From the human T2T-CHM13v2.0 reference genome, Homo sapiens: a stretch of 64,000 nt of DNA. This document shows positions 52,417-64,000 of this stretch, piece after piece; positions within the stretch are counted from its first letter, which is position 1, and each line of letters begins with the position of its first letter. The position numbers and the translations under genes were made by a program. A model generated the notes under the pieces. The model was not told where the DNA came from, made no database searches, and saw nothing but the letters and a program-made list of their open reading frames with translations. The stretch is from NCBI RefSeq assembly GCF_009914755.1, contig NC_060925.1, one strand, 5' to 3'.

Positions 52417-55400
52417 ACAGAAGAATTCTCAGTAACTTCCTTGTGTTGTGTGTATTCAACTCACAGAGTTGAACGATCCTTTACACAGAGCAGACTTGAA
52501 ACACTCTTTTTGTGGAATTTGCAAGTGGAGATTTCAGCCGCTTTGAGGTCAATGTTAGAAAAGGAAACTATCTTTGTATAAAGACTAGACAGAATGATTC
52601 TCAGAAACTCCTTTGTGATGTGTGCGTTCAACTCACAGAGTTTAACTTTTCTTTTCATAGAGCAGTTAGGAAACACTCTGTTTGTAAAGTCTGCAAGTGG
52701 ATATTCAGACCTCTTTGAGGCCTTCGTTGGAAACGGGATTTCTTCATATTATGCTAGGCAGAATAATTCTCAATAACTTCCTTGTGTTGTGTGTATTCAA
52801 CTCACAGAGTTGAATGATCCTTTACAGAGAGCAGACTTGAAACACTCTTTTTGTGGAATTTGCAAGTGGAGATTTCAGCCGCTTTGAGGTCAATGGTAGA
52901 ATAGGAAATATCTTCCTTTAGAAACTAGACAGAATGATTCTCAGAAACTCCTTTGTGATGTGTGCGTTCAACTCACAGAGTTTAACCTTTCTTTTCATAG
53001 AGCAGTTAGGAAACACTCTGTTTGTAAAGTCTGCAAGTGGATATTCAGACCTCTTTGAGGCCTTCATTGGAAACGGGATTTCTTCATATTCTGCTAGATA
53101 GAAGAATTCTCAGTAACTTCCTTGTGTTGTGTGTATTCAACTCACAGAGTTGAACGATCCTTTACACAGAGCAGACTTGAAACACTCTTTTTGTGGAATT
53201 TGCAATTGGAGATTTCAGCCGCTTTGAGGTCAATAGTAGAAAAGGAAATATCTTCTTAGAAAAACTAGACAGAATGATTCTCAGAAACTCCTTTGTGATG
53301 TGTGTGTTCAACTCACAGAGTTTAACCTTTCTTTTCATAGAGCAGTTAGTAAACACTCTGTTTATAAAGTCTGCAAGTGGATATTCAGACCCCTTTGAGG
53401 CCTTCGTTGGAAACGGGATTTCTTCATATTATGCTAGACAGAAGAATTCTCAGTAACTTCCTTGTGTTGTGTGTATTCAACTGACAGAGTTGAACTTTCA
53501 TTTAGAGAGAGCAGATTTGAAACACTGTTTTTGTGGAATTTGCAAGTGGAGATTTCAAGCGCTTTGGGGCCAAAGGCAGAAAAGGAAATATCTTCGTATA
53601 AAAACTAGACAGAATCGTTCTCAGAAACTGCTGCGTGATGTGTGCGTTCAACTCTCAGAGTTTAACTTTTCTTTTCATTCAGCGGTTTGGAAACACTCTG
53701 TTTGTAAAGTCTGCACGTGGATATTTTGACCACTTAGAGGCCTTCGTTGGAAACGGGATTTTTCATGTAAGGCTAGACAGAAGAATTCCCAGTAACTTCC
53801 TTGTGTTGTGTGCATTCAACTCACAGAGTTGAACGTTCCCTTAGACAGAGCAGATTTGAAACACTCTATTTGTGCAATTTGCAAGTGTAGATTTCAAGCG
53901 CTTTAAGGTCAATGGCTTAAAAGGAAATATCTTCGTTTCAAAACTAGACAGAATCATTCCCACAAACTGCGTTGTGATGTGTTCGTTCAACTCACAGAGT
54001 TTAACCTTTCTTTTCATAGAGCAGTTAGGAAACACTCTGTTTGTAAAGTCTGCAAGTGGATATTCAGACCTCCTTGAGGCCTTCGTTGGAAACGGGATTT
54101 CTTCATATTCTGCTAGACAGAAGAATTCTCAGTAACTTCCTTGTGTTGTGTGTATTCCACTCACACAGTTGAACGATCCTTTACACAGAGCAGACTTGAA
54201 ACACTCTTTTTGTAGAATTTGCAAGTGGAGATTTCAGCCGCTTCGAGGTCAATGGTAGAAAAGGAAATATCTTCGTATAAAGACTAGACAGAATGATTCT
54301 CAGAAACTCCTTTGTGATGTGTGCGTTGAACTCACAGAGTTTAACTTTTCTTTTCATAGAGCAGTTAGGAAACACTCTGTTTGTAAAGTCTGCAAGTGGA
54401 TATTCAGACCTCTTTGAGGCCTTCGTTGGAAACGGGAATTCTTCATATTATGCTAGACAGAATAATTCTCAGTAACTTCCTTGTGTTGTGTGTATTCAAC
54501 TCACAGAGTTGAACGATCCTTTACACAGAGCAGACTTGAAACACTCTTTTTGTGGAATTTGCAAGTGGAGATTTCAGCCGCTTTGAGGTCAATGGTAGAG
54601 TAGGAAATATCTTCCTATAGAAACTAGACAGAATGATTCTCATAAACTCCTTTGTGATGTGTGCGTTCAACTCACAGAGTTTAACCTTTCTTTTCATAGA
54701 GCAGTTAGGAAACACTCTGTTTGTAAAGTCTGCAAGTGGATATTCAGACCTCCTTGAGGCCTTCGTTGGAAACGGGATTTCTTCATATTCTGCTAGACAG
54801 AAGAATTCTCAGTAACTTCCTTGTGTTGTGTGTATTCAACTCACAGAGTTCAACGATCCTTTACACAGAGCAGACTTGAAACACTCTTTTTGTGGAATTT
54901 GCAAGTGGAGATTTCAGCCGCTTTGAGGTCAATGTTAGAAAAGGAAACTATCTTTGTATAAAGACTAGACAGAATGATTCTCAGAAACTCCTTTGTGATG
55001 TGTGCGTTCAACTCACAGAGTTTAAGTTTTCTTTTCATAGAGCAGTTAGGAAACACTCTGTTTGTAAAGTCTGCAAGTGGATATTCAGACCTCTTTGAGG
55101 CCTTCGTTGGAAACGGGATTTCTTCATATTATGCTAGACAGAAGAATTCTCAGTAACTTCCTTGTGTTGTGTGTATTCAACTGACAGAGTTCAACTTTCA
55201 TTTAGAGAGAGCAGATTTGAAACACTGTTTTTGTGGAATTTGCAAGTGGAGATTTCAAGCGCTTTGGGGCCAAAGGCAGAAAAGGAAATATCTTCGTTTA
55301 AAAACTAGACAGAATCATTCTCAGAAACTGCTCTGTGATGTGTGCGTTCAACTCTCAGAGTTTAACTATTCTTTTCATTCAGCAGTGTGGAAACACTCTG

Positions 55401-58400
55401 TTTGTAAAGTCTGCACGTGGATATTTTGACCACTTAGAGGCCTTCGTTGGAAACGGGTTTTTTTCATGTAAGGCTAGGCAGAAGAATTCCCAGTAACTTC
55501 CTTGTGTTGTGTGCATTCAACTCACAGAGTTGAACGTTCCCTTAGACAGAGCAGATTTGAAACACTCTATTAGTGCAATTTTCAAGTGCAGATTTCAAGC
55601 GCTTTAAGGTCAATGGCAGAAAAGGAAATATCTTCGTTTCAAAACTAGACAGAATTATTCCCACAAACTGCGATGTGATGTGTTCGGTCAACTCACAGAG
55701 TTTAACCTTTCTGTTCATAGAGCAGTTAGGAAACACTCTGTTTGTAAAGTCTGTAAGTGGATATTATGACATCATGTGGCCTTCTTTGGAAACGGGATTT
55801 CTTCATATTATGCTAGACAGAAGAATTCTCAGTAACTTCCTTGTGTTGTGTGTATTCAACTGACAGGTTTGAACTTTCATTTAGAGAGAGCAGATTTGAA
55901 ACACTGTTTTTGTGGAATTTGCAAGTGGAGATTTCAGGCGCCTTGGGGCCAAAGGCAGAAAAGGAAATATCTTGGTATAAAAACTAGACAGAATCATTCT
56001 CAGAAACTGCTGCGTGATGTGTGCGTTCAACTCTCAGAGTTTAACTTTTCTTTTCATTCAGCGGTTTGGAAACACTCTGTTTGTAAAGTCTGCACGTGGA
56101 TATTTTGACCACTTAGAGGCCTTCGTTGGAAACGGGTTTTTTCATGTAAGGCTAGACAGAAGAATTCCCAGTAACTTCCTTGTGTTGTGTGCATTCAACT
56201 CACAGAGTTGAACGTTCCCTTAGACAGAGCAGATTTGAAACACTCTATTTGTGCAATTTGCAAGTGTAGATTTCAAGCGCTTTAAGGTCAATGGCAGAAA
56301 AGGAAATATCTTCGTTTCAAAACTTGACAGAATCATTTCCACAAACTGCGATGTGATGTGTTCGTTCAACTCACAGAGTTTAACCTTTCTGTTCCTAGAG
56401 CAGTTAGGAAACACTCTGTTTGTAAAGACTGTAAGTGGATATTATGACATCATGTGGCCTTCGTTGGAAACGGGATTTCTTCATATTCTGCTGGACAGAA
56501 GAATTCTCAGTAACTTCCTTGTGTTGTGTGTATTCAACTCACAGAGTTGAACGATCCTTTACACAGTGCAGACTTGAAACTCTCTTTTTGTGGAATTTGC
56601 AAGTGGACATTTCAGCCGCTTTGAGGTCAATGGTAGAATAGGAAATATCTTCGTGTAGAAACTAGACAGAATGATTCTCAGAAACTCCTTTGTGATGTGT
56701 GCGTTCAACTCACAGAGTTTAACTTTTCTTTTCATAGAGCAGTTAGGAAACACTCTGTTTGTAAAGTCTGCAAGTGGATATTCGGACCTCTTTGAGGCCT
56801 TCGTTGGAAACGGGGTTTCTTCATATTATGCTAGACAGAAGAATTCTCAGTAACTTCCTTGTGTTGTGTGTATTCAACTCACAGAGTTGAACGATCCTTT
56901 ACACAGAGCAGACTTGAAACACTCTTTTTGTGGAATTTGCAAGTGGAGATTTCAGCCGCTTTGAGGTCATTGGTAGAATAGGAAATATCTTCCTATATAA
57001 ACTAGACAGAATGATTCTCAGAAACTCCTTTGTGATGTGTGCGTTCAACTCACAGAGTTTAACCTTTCTTTTCATAGAGCAGTTAGGAAACACTCTGTTT
57101 GTAAAGTCTGCAAGTGGATATTCAGACTTCTTTGAGGCCTTCGTTGGAAACGGGATTTCTTCATATTCTGCTAGACAGAAGAATTTTCAGTAACTTCCTT
57201 GTGTTGTGTGTATTCAACTGACAGAGTTGAACTTTTATTTAGAGAGAGCAGATTTGAAACACTGTTTTTGTGGAATTTGCAAGTGGAGATTTCAAGCGCT
57301 TTGGGGACAAAGGTAGAAAAGGAAATATCTTGGTATAAAAACTAGACAGAATCATTCTCAGAAACTGCTGCGTGATGTGTGGGATTACCTCTCAGAGTTT
57401 TACTTTTCTTTTCATTCAGCGGTTTGGAAACACTCTGTTTGTAAAGTCTGCACGTGGATATTTTGACCACTTAGAGGCCTTCGTTGGAAACGGGTTTTTT
57501 TCATGTAAGGCTAAACAGAAGAATTCCCAGTAACTTCCTTGTGTTGTGTGCATTCAACTCACAGAGTTGAACGTTCCCTTAGACAGAGCAGATTTGAAAC
57601 ACTGTATTTGTGCAATTTGCAAGTGTAGATTTCAAGCGCTTTAAGGTCAATGGCAGAAAAGGAAATATCTTCGTTTCAAAACTAGACAGAATCATTCCCA
57701 CAAACTGCGTTGTGATGTGTTCGTTCAACTCACAGAGTTTAACCTTTCTGTTCATAGAGCAGTTAGGAAACACTCTGTTTGTAAAGTCTGTAAGTGGATA
57801 TTCTGACATCTTTTGGCCTTCGTTGGAAACGGGATTTCTTCATCTTCTGCTACACAGAAGAATTCTCAGTAACTTCCTTGTGTTGTGTGTATTCAACTCA
57901 CAGAGTTGAACGATCCTTTACACAGAGCAGACTTGAAACACTCTTTTTGTGGAATTTGCAAGTGGAGATTTCAGCCGCTTTGAGGTCAATGTTAGAAAAG
58001 GAAACTATCTTTGTATAAAGACTAGACAGAATGATTCTCAGAAACTCCTTTGTGATGTGTGCGTTCAACTCACAGAGTTTAACTTTTCTTTTCATAGAGC
58101 AGTTAGGAAACACTCTGTTTGTAAAGTCTGCAAGTGGATATTCAGACCTCTTTGAGGCCTTCGTTGGAAACGGGATTTCTTCATATTATGCTAGGCAGAA
58201 TAATTCTCAATAACTTCCTTGTGTTGTGTGTATTCAACTCACAGAGTTGAATGATCCTTTACAGAGAGCAGACTTGAAACACTCTTTTTGTGGAATTTGC
58301 AAGTGGAGATTTCAGCCGCTTTGAGGTCAATGGTAGAATAGGAAATATCTTCCTTTAGAAACTAGACAGAATGATTCTCAGAAACTCCTTTGTGATGTGT

Positions 58401-61400
58401 GCGTTCAACTCACAGAGTTTAACCTTTCTTTTCATAGAGCAGTTAGGAAACACTCTGTTTGTAAAGTCTGCAAGTGGATATTCAGACCTCTTTGAGGCCT
58501 TCATTGGAAACGGGATTTCTTCATATTCTGCTAGATAGAAGAATTCTCAGTAACTTCCTTGTGTTGTGTGTATTCAACTCACAGAGTTGAACGATCCTTT
58601 ACACAGAGCAGACTTGAAACACTCTTTTTGTGGAATTTGCAATTGGAGATTTCAGCCGCTTTGAGGTCAATAGTAGAAAAGGAAATATCTTCTTAGAAAA
58701 ACTAGACAGAATGATTCTCAGAAACTCCTTTGTGATGTGTGTGTTCAACTCACAGAGTTTAACCTTTCTTTTCATAGAGCAGTTAGTAAACACTCTGTTT
58801 ATAAAGTCTGCAAGTGGATATTCAGACCCCTTTGAGGCCTTCGTTGGAAACGGGATTTCTTCATATTATGCTAGACAGAAGAATTCTCAGTAACTTCCTT
58901 GTGTTGTGTGTATTCAACTGACAGAGTTGAACTTTCATTTAGAGAGAGCAGATTTGAAACACTGTTTTTGTGGAATTTGCAAGTGGAGATTTCAAGCGCT
59001 TTGGGGCCAAAGGCAGAAAAGGAAATATCTTCGTATAAAAACTAGACAGAATCGTTCTCAGAAACTGCTGCGTGATGTGTGCGTTCAACTCTCAGAGTTT
59101 AACTTTTCTTTTCATTCAGCGGTTTGGAAACACTCTGTTTGTAAAGTCTGCACGTGGATATTTTGACCACTTAGAGGCCTTCGTTGGAAACGGGATTTTT
59201 CATGTAAGGCTAGACAGAAGAATTCCCAGTAACTTCCTTGTGTTGTGTGCATTCAACTCACAGAGTTGAACGTTCCCTTAGACAGAGCAGATTTGAAACA
59301 CTCTATTTGTGCAATTTGCAAGTGTAGATTTCAAGCGCTTTAAGGTCAATGGCTTAAAAGGAAATATCTTCGTTTCAAAACTAGACAGAATCATTCCCAC
59401 AAACTGCGTTGTGATGTGTTCGTTCAACTCACAGAGTTTAACCTTTCTTTTCATAGAGCAGTTAGGAAACACTCTGTTTGTAAAGTCTGCAAGTGGATAT
59501 TCAGACCTCCTTGAGGCCTTCGTTGGAAACGGGATTTCTTCATATTCTGCTAGACAGAAGAATTCTCAGTAACTTCCTTGTGTTGTGTGTATTCCACTCA
59601 CACAGTTGAACGATCCTTTACACAGAGCAGACTTGAAACACTCTTTTTGTAGAATTTGCAAGTGGAGATTTCAGCCGCTTCGAGGTCAATGGTAGAAAAG
59701 GAAATATCTTCGTATAAAGACTAGACAGAATGATTCTCAGAAACTCCTTTGTGATGTGTGCGTTGAACTCACAGAGTTTAACTTTTCTTTTCATAGAGCA
59801 GTTAGGAAACACTCTGTTTGTAAAGTCTGCAAGTGGATATTCAGACCTCTTTGAGGCCTTCGTTGGAAACGGGAATTCTTCATATTATGCTAGACAGAAT
59901 AATTCTCAGTAACTTCCTTGTGTTGTGTGTATTCAACTCACAGAGTTGAACGATCCTTTACACAGAGCAGACTTGAAACACTCTTTTTGTGGAATTTGCA
60001 AGTGGAGATTTCAGCCGCTTTGAGGTCAATGGTAGAGTAGGAAATATCTTCCTATAGAAACTAGACAGAATGATTCTCATAAACTCCTTTGTGATGTGTG
60101 CGTTCAACTCACAGAGTTTAACCTTTCTTTTCATAGAGCAGTTAGGAAACACTCTGTTTGTAAAGTCTGCAAGTGGATATTCAGACCTCCTTGAGGCCTT
60201 CGTTGGAAACGGGATTTCTTCATATTCTGCTAGACAGAAGAATTCTCAGTAACTTCCTTGTGTTGTGTGTATTCAACTCACAGAGTTCAACGATCCTTTA
60301 CACAGAGCAGACTTGAAACACTCTTTTTGTGGAATTTGCAAGTGGAGATTTCAGCCGCTTTGAGGTCAATGTTAGAAAAGGAAACTATCTTTGTATAAAG
60401 ACTAGACAGAATGATTCTCAGAAACTCCTTTGTGATGTGTGCGTTCAACTCACAGAGTTTAAGTTTTCTTTTCATAGAGCAGTTAGGAAACACTCTGTTT
60501 GTAAAGTCTGCAAGTGGATATTCAGACCTCTTTGAGGCCTTCGTTGGAAACGGGATTTCTTCATATTATGCTAGACAGAAGAATTCTCAGTAACTTCCTT
60601 GTGTTGTGTGTATTCAACTGACAGAGTTCAACTTTCATTTAGAGAGAGCAGATTTGAAACACTGTTTTTGTGGAATTTGCAAGTGGAGATTTCAAGCGCT
60701 TTGGGGCCAAAGGCAGAAAAGGAAATATCTTCGTTTAAAAACTAGACAGAATCATTCTCAGAAACTGCTCTGTGATGTGTGCGTTCAACTCTCAGAGTTT
60801 AACTATTCTTTTCATTCAGCAGTGTGGAAACACTCTGTTTGTAAAGTCTGCACGTGGATATTTTGACCACTTAGAGGCCTTCGTTGGAAACGGGTTTTTT
60901 TCATGTAAGGCTAGGCAGAAGAATTCCCAGTAACTTCCTTGTGTTGTGTGCATTCAACTCACAGAGTTGAACGTTCCCTTAGACAGAGCAGATTTGAAAC
61001 ACTCTATTAGTGCAATTTTCAAGTGCAGATTTCAAGCGCTTTAAGGTCAATGGCAGAAAAGGAAATATCTTCGTTTCAAAACTAGACAGAATTATTCCCA
61101 CAAACTGCGATGTGATGTGTTCGGTCAACTCACAGAGTTTAACCTTTCTGTTCATAGAGCAGTTAGGAAACACTCTGTTTGTAAAGTCTGTAAGTGGATA
61201 TTATGACATCATGTGGCCTTCTTTGGAAACGGGATTTCTTCATATTATGCTAGACAGAAGAATTCTCAGTAACTTCCTTGTGTTGTGTGTATTCAACTGA
61301 CAGGTTTGAACTTTCATTTAGAGAGAGCAGATTTGAAACACTGTTTTTGTGGAATTTGCAAGTGGAGATTTCAGGCGCCTTGGGGCCAAAGGCAGAAAAG

Positions 61401-63381
61401 GAAATATCTTGGTATAAAAACTAGACAGAATCATTCTCAGAAACTGCTGCGTGATGTGTGCGTTCAACTCTCAGAGTTTAACTTTTCTTTTCATTCAGCG
61501 GTTTGGAAACACTCTGTTTGTAAAGTCTGCACGTGGATATTTTGACCACTTAGAGGCCTTCGTTGGAAACGGGTTTTTTCATGTAAGGCTAGACAGAAGA
61601 ATTCCCAGTAACTTCCTTGTGTTGTGTGCATTCAACTCACAGAGTTGAACGTTCCCTTAGACAGAGCAGATTTGAAACACTCTATTTGTGCAATTTGCAA
61701 GTGTAGATTTCAAGCGCTTTAAGGTCAATGGCAGAAAAGGAAATATCTTCGTTTCAAAACTTGACAGAATCATTTCCACAAACTGCGATGTGATGTGTTC
61801 GTTCAACTCACAGAGTTTAACCTTTCTGTTCCTAGAGCAGTTAGGAAACACTCTGTTTGTAAAGACTGTAAGTGGATATTATGACATCATGTGGCCTTCG
61901 TTGGAAACGGGATTTCTTCATATTCTGCTGGACAGAAGAATTCTCAGTAACTTCCTTGTGTTGTGTGTATTCAACTCACAGAGTTGAACGATCCTTTACA
62001 CAGTGCAGACTTGAAACTCTCTTTTTGTGGAATTTGCAAGTGGACATTTCAGCCGCTTTGAGGTCAATGGTAGAATAGGAAATATCTTCGTGTAGAAACT
62101 AGACAGAATGATTCTCAGAAACTCCTTTGTGATGTGTGCGTTCAACTCACAGAGTTTAACTTTTCTTTTCATAGAGCAGTTAGGAAACACTCTGTTTGTA
62201 AAGTCTGCAAGTGGATATTCGGACCTCTTTGAGGCCTTCGTTGGAAACGGGGTTTCTTCATATTATGCTAGACAGAAGAATTCTCAGTAACTTCCTTGTG
62301 TTGTGTGTATTCAACTCACAGAGTTGAACGATCCTTTACACAGAGCAGACTTGAAACACTCTTTTTGTGGAATTTGCAAGTGGAGATTTCAGCCGCTTTG
62401 AGGTCATTGGTAGAATAGGAAATATCTTCCTATATAAACTAGACAGAATGATTCTCAGAAACTCCTTTGTGATGTGTGCGTTCAACTCACAGAGTTTAAC
62501 CTTTCTTTTCATAGAGCAGTTAGGAAACACTCTGTTTGTAAAGTCTGCAAGTGGATATTCAGACTTCTTTGAGGCCTTCGTTGGAAACGGGATTTCTTCA
62601 TATTCTGCTAGACAGAAGAATTTTCAGTAACTTCCTTGTGTTGTGTGTATTCAACTGACAGAGTTGAACTTTTATTTAGAGAGAGCAGATTTGAAACACT
62701 GTTTTTGTGGAATTTGCAAGTGGAGATTTCAAGCGCTTTGGGGACAAAGGTAGAAAAGGAAATATCTTGGTATAAAAACTAGACAGAATCATTCTCAGAA
62801 ACTGCTGCGTGATGTGTGGGATTACCTCTCAGAGTTTTACTTTTCTTTTCATTCAGCGGTTTGGAAACACTCTGTTTGTAAAGTCTGCACGTGGATATTT
62901 TGACCACTTAGAGGCCTTCGTTGGAAACGGGTTTTTTTCATGTAAGGCTAAACAGAAGAATTCCCAGTAACTTCCTTGTGTTGTGTGCATTCAACTCACA
63001 GAGTTGAACGTTCCCTTAGACAGAGCAGATTTGAAACACTGTATTTGTGCAATTTGCAAGTGTAGATTTCAAGCGCTTTAAGGTCAATGGCAGAAAAGGA
63101 AATATCTTCGTTTCAAAACTAGACAGAATCATTCCCACAAACTGCGTTGTGATGTGTTCGTTCAACTCACAGAGTTTAACCTTTCTGTTCATAGAGCAGT
63201 TAGGAAACACTCTGTTTGTAAAGTCTGTAAGTGGATATTCTGACATCTTTTGGCCTTCGTTGGAAACGGGATTTCTTCATCTTCTGCTACACAGAAGAAT
63301 TCTCAGTAACTTCCTTGTGTTGTGTGTATTCAACTCACAGAGTTGAACGATCCTTTACACAGAGCAGACTTGAAACACTCT
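52417..63381 (+). repeat. Near-perfect tandem duplication, period 5437 bp (16 dimers, 32 monomers)
   Basis: The ORFs from 52461 to 57610 reappear with identical translations at +5437. Flanking mismatches are at 52416/57853 (g/c) and 57945/63382 (t/a). Rare variants ggcttaaaagg, tagtgcaattttc, gggattacct and catcttctgctacac are in both copies. Confidence 0.93.
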
Positions 63382-64000
63382 ATTTGTGGAATTTGCAAGT
63401 GGAGATTTCAGCCGCTTTGAGGTCAATGATAGAAAAGGAAATATCTTCGTATAAAAACTAGACAGAATGATTCTCAGAAACTCCTTTGTGATGTGTGCGT
63501 TGAACTCACAGAGTTTAACCTTTCTTTTCATGGAGCAGTTAGGAAACACTCTGTTTGTAAAGTCTGCACGTGGATACTTGGACTTCTTTGAGGCCTTCGT
63601 TGGAAACGGGTTTTTTTCATGTAAGGTTAAACAGAAGAATTCTCAGTAACTTCCTTGTGTTGCGTGTATTCAACTGACAGAGTTGAACTCTCATTTAGAT
63701 AGAGCAGATTTTAAACACTGTTTTTGTGGAATTTGCAAGTGTATATTTCAACCGCTTTGGGGCCAAATGCAGAAAAGGAAATATCTTCGTATAAAAACTA
63801 GACAGAATCATTCTCAGAAACTACTCTGTGATGTGTGCGTTCAACTCTCAGAGTTTAACTTTTCTTTTCATTCAGCAGTTTGGATACACTCTGTTTGTAA
63901 AGTCTGCACGTGGATATTTTGAGCACTTAGAGGCCTTCGTTGGAAACGGGTTTTTTTCATGTAAGGCTAGGCAGAAGAATTCCCAGTAACTTCCTTGTGT
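63382..64000 (+). repeat. More divergent alpha-satellite monomers at the window end
   Basis: Many substitutions not seen elsewhere in the window: aatgatag, catggagc, ggatacttggac, taaggttaaac, gaactctc, ttagatag, ttttaaac, gtgtatatttcaacc, ccaaatgc, ctactctg, ttgagcac. Confidence 0.75.

Larger units (their letters stand above)
1..64000 (+). repeat. Centromeric alpha-satellite array, SF1 (J1/J2) ~340-bp dimeric type; probably the D1Z7/D5Z2/D19Z3 (S1C1/5/19H1L) HOR family
   Basis: Continuous ~340-bp periodicity (GAATTC at 96, 436, 775, 1115 ... 63637). Each dimer has two related ~170-bp monomers and one CENP-B box. The C dimer GAATTCTCAGTAACTTCCTTGTGTTGTGTGTATTCAACTCACAGAGTTGAACGATCCTTTACACAGAGCAGACTTGAAACAC... 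matches the recalled human 340-bp EcoRI alphoid consensus. Alpha satellite/SF1 is near certain; the chr1/5/19 assignment is about 0.7 (a related SF1 array such as D16Z2 is not excluded). Confidence 0.98.

Noticed and set aside
121-63922. Hundreds of 60-99 aa ORFs on both strands (MILRNSFVMCAFNSQ..., MFPNCSMKRKVKLCELN..., MCIQLTELNFHLER...)
   Set aside because: They recur with the 340-bp satellite period, overlap in several frames, often start at GTG/TTG, and are freely broken by stops and frameshifts. They are chance translations of alpha satellite, not genes.
1-64000. CRISPR-like or repeat-spacer array / novel prokaryotic system
   Set aside because: There are no unique spacers: the sequence between conserved motifs is itself repeated. 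No cas, RT, recombinase or other real CDS is present.
1-64000. L1/Alu/other transposon insertion or an inversion in the array
   Set aside because: The ~340-bp phase and + strand orientation of the CENP-B boxes persist throughout. I saw no poly-A tail, target-site duplication or non-alphoid sequence.
1-64000. Assignment to one specific chromosome (1, 5 or 19)
   Set aside because: These arrays share the same HOR family. Distinguishing them needs alignment or chromosome-specific k-mers, which I cannot run.

Overview
The whole 64-kb window is one uninterrupted, single-orientation array of primate (human-type) centromeric alpha satellite. It contains about 188 copies of a ~340-bp dimer (two ~170-bp monomers), with a CENP-B box (CTTCGTTGGAAACGGGA) in every second monomer and an EcoRI site at most dimer starts. 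The dominant dimer matches my recollection of the classic 340-bp alphaRI consensus, i.e. suprachromosomal family 1 (J1/J2). The best guess is the D1Z7/D5Z2/D19Z3 (S1C1/5/19H1L) family; the chromosome cannot be fixed by eye. I see no genes, RNA genes, transposon insertions, inversions or CRISPR arrays, and all listed ORFs are artefacts of the repeat. I label four dimer classes: A (ttgaactttcatttagagag...ggccaaaggcag...cattcagcggtttgg...ttttgaccacttag), B (gaacgttcccttagac...cccacaaactgcg...ctgacatcttgtgg, 339 bp), C (generic alphaRI, in two alternating flavours C1/C2) and D (aatagtag...cgtagaaaaac...ttagtaaac...tttataaag...gacccctttg). Units are mostly A-B-(C)n-D with highly variable n. Overlaid on this are nested duplications (offsets 340, 1358, 2380, 3400, 4754, 5437, 7480 and 11553 bp), chimeric dimers, a CENP-B-box-poor sector at 20-33 kb and rising divergence at the right end. 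I found no evidence of a novel gene-encoded system; the notable signals concern satellite architecture and evolution. All counts and offsets were read by eye or from the ORF track, not computed by alignment.
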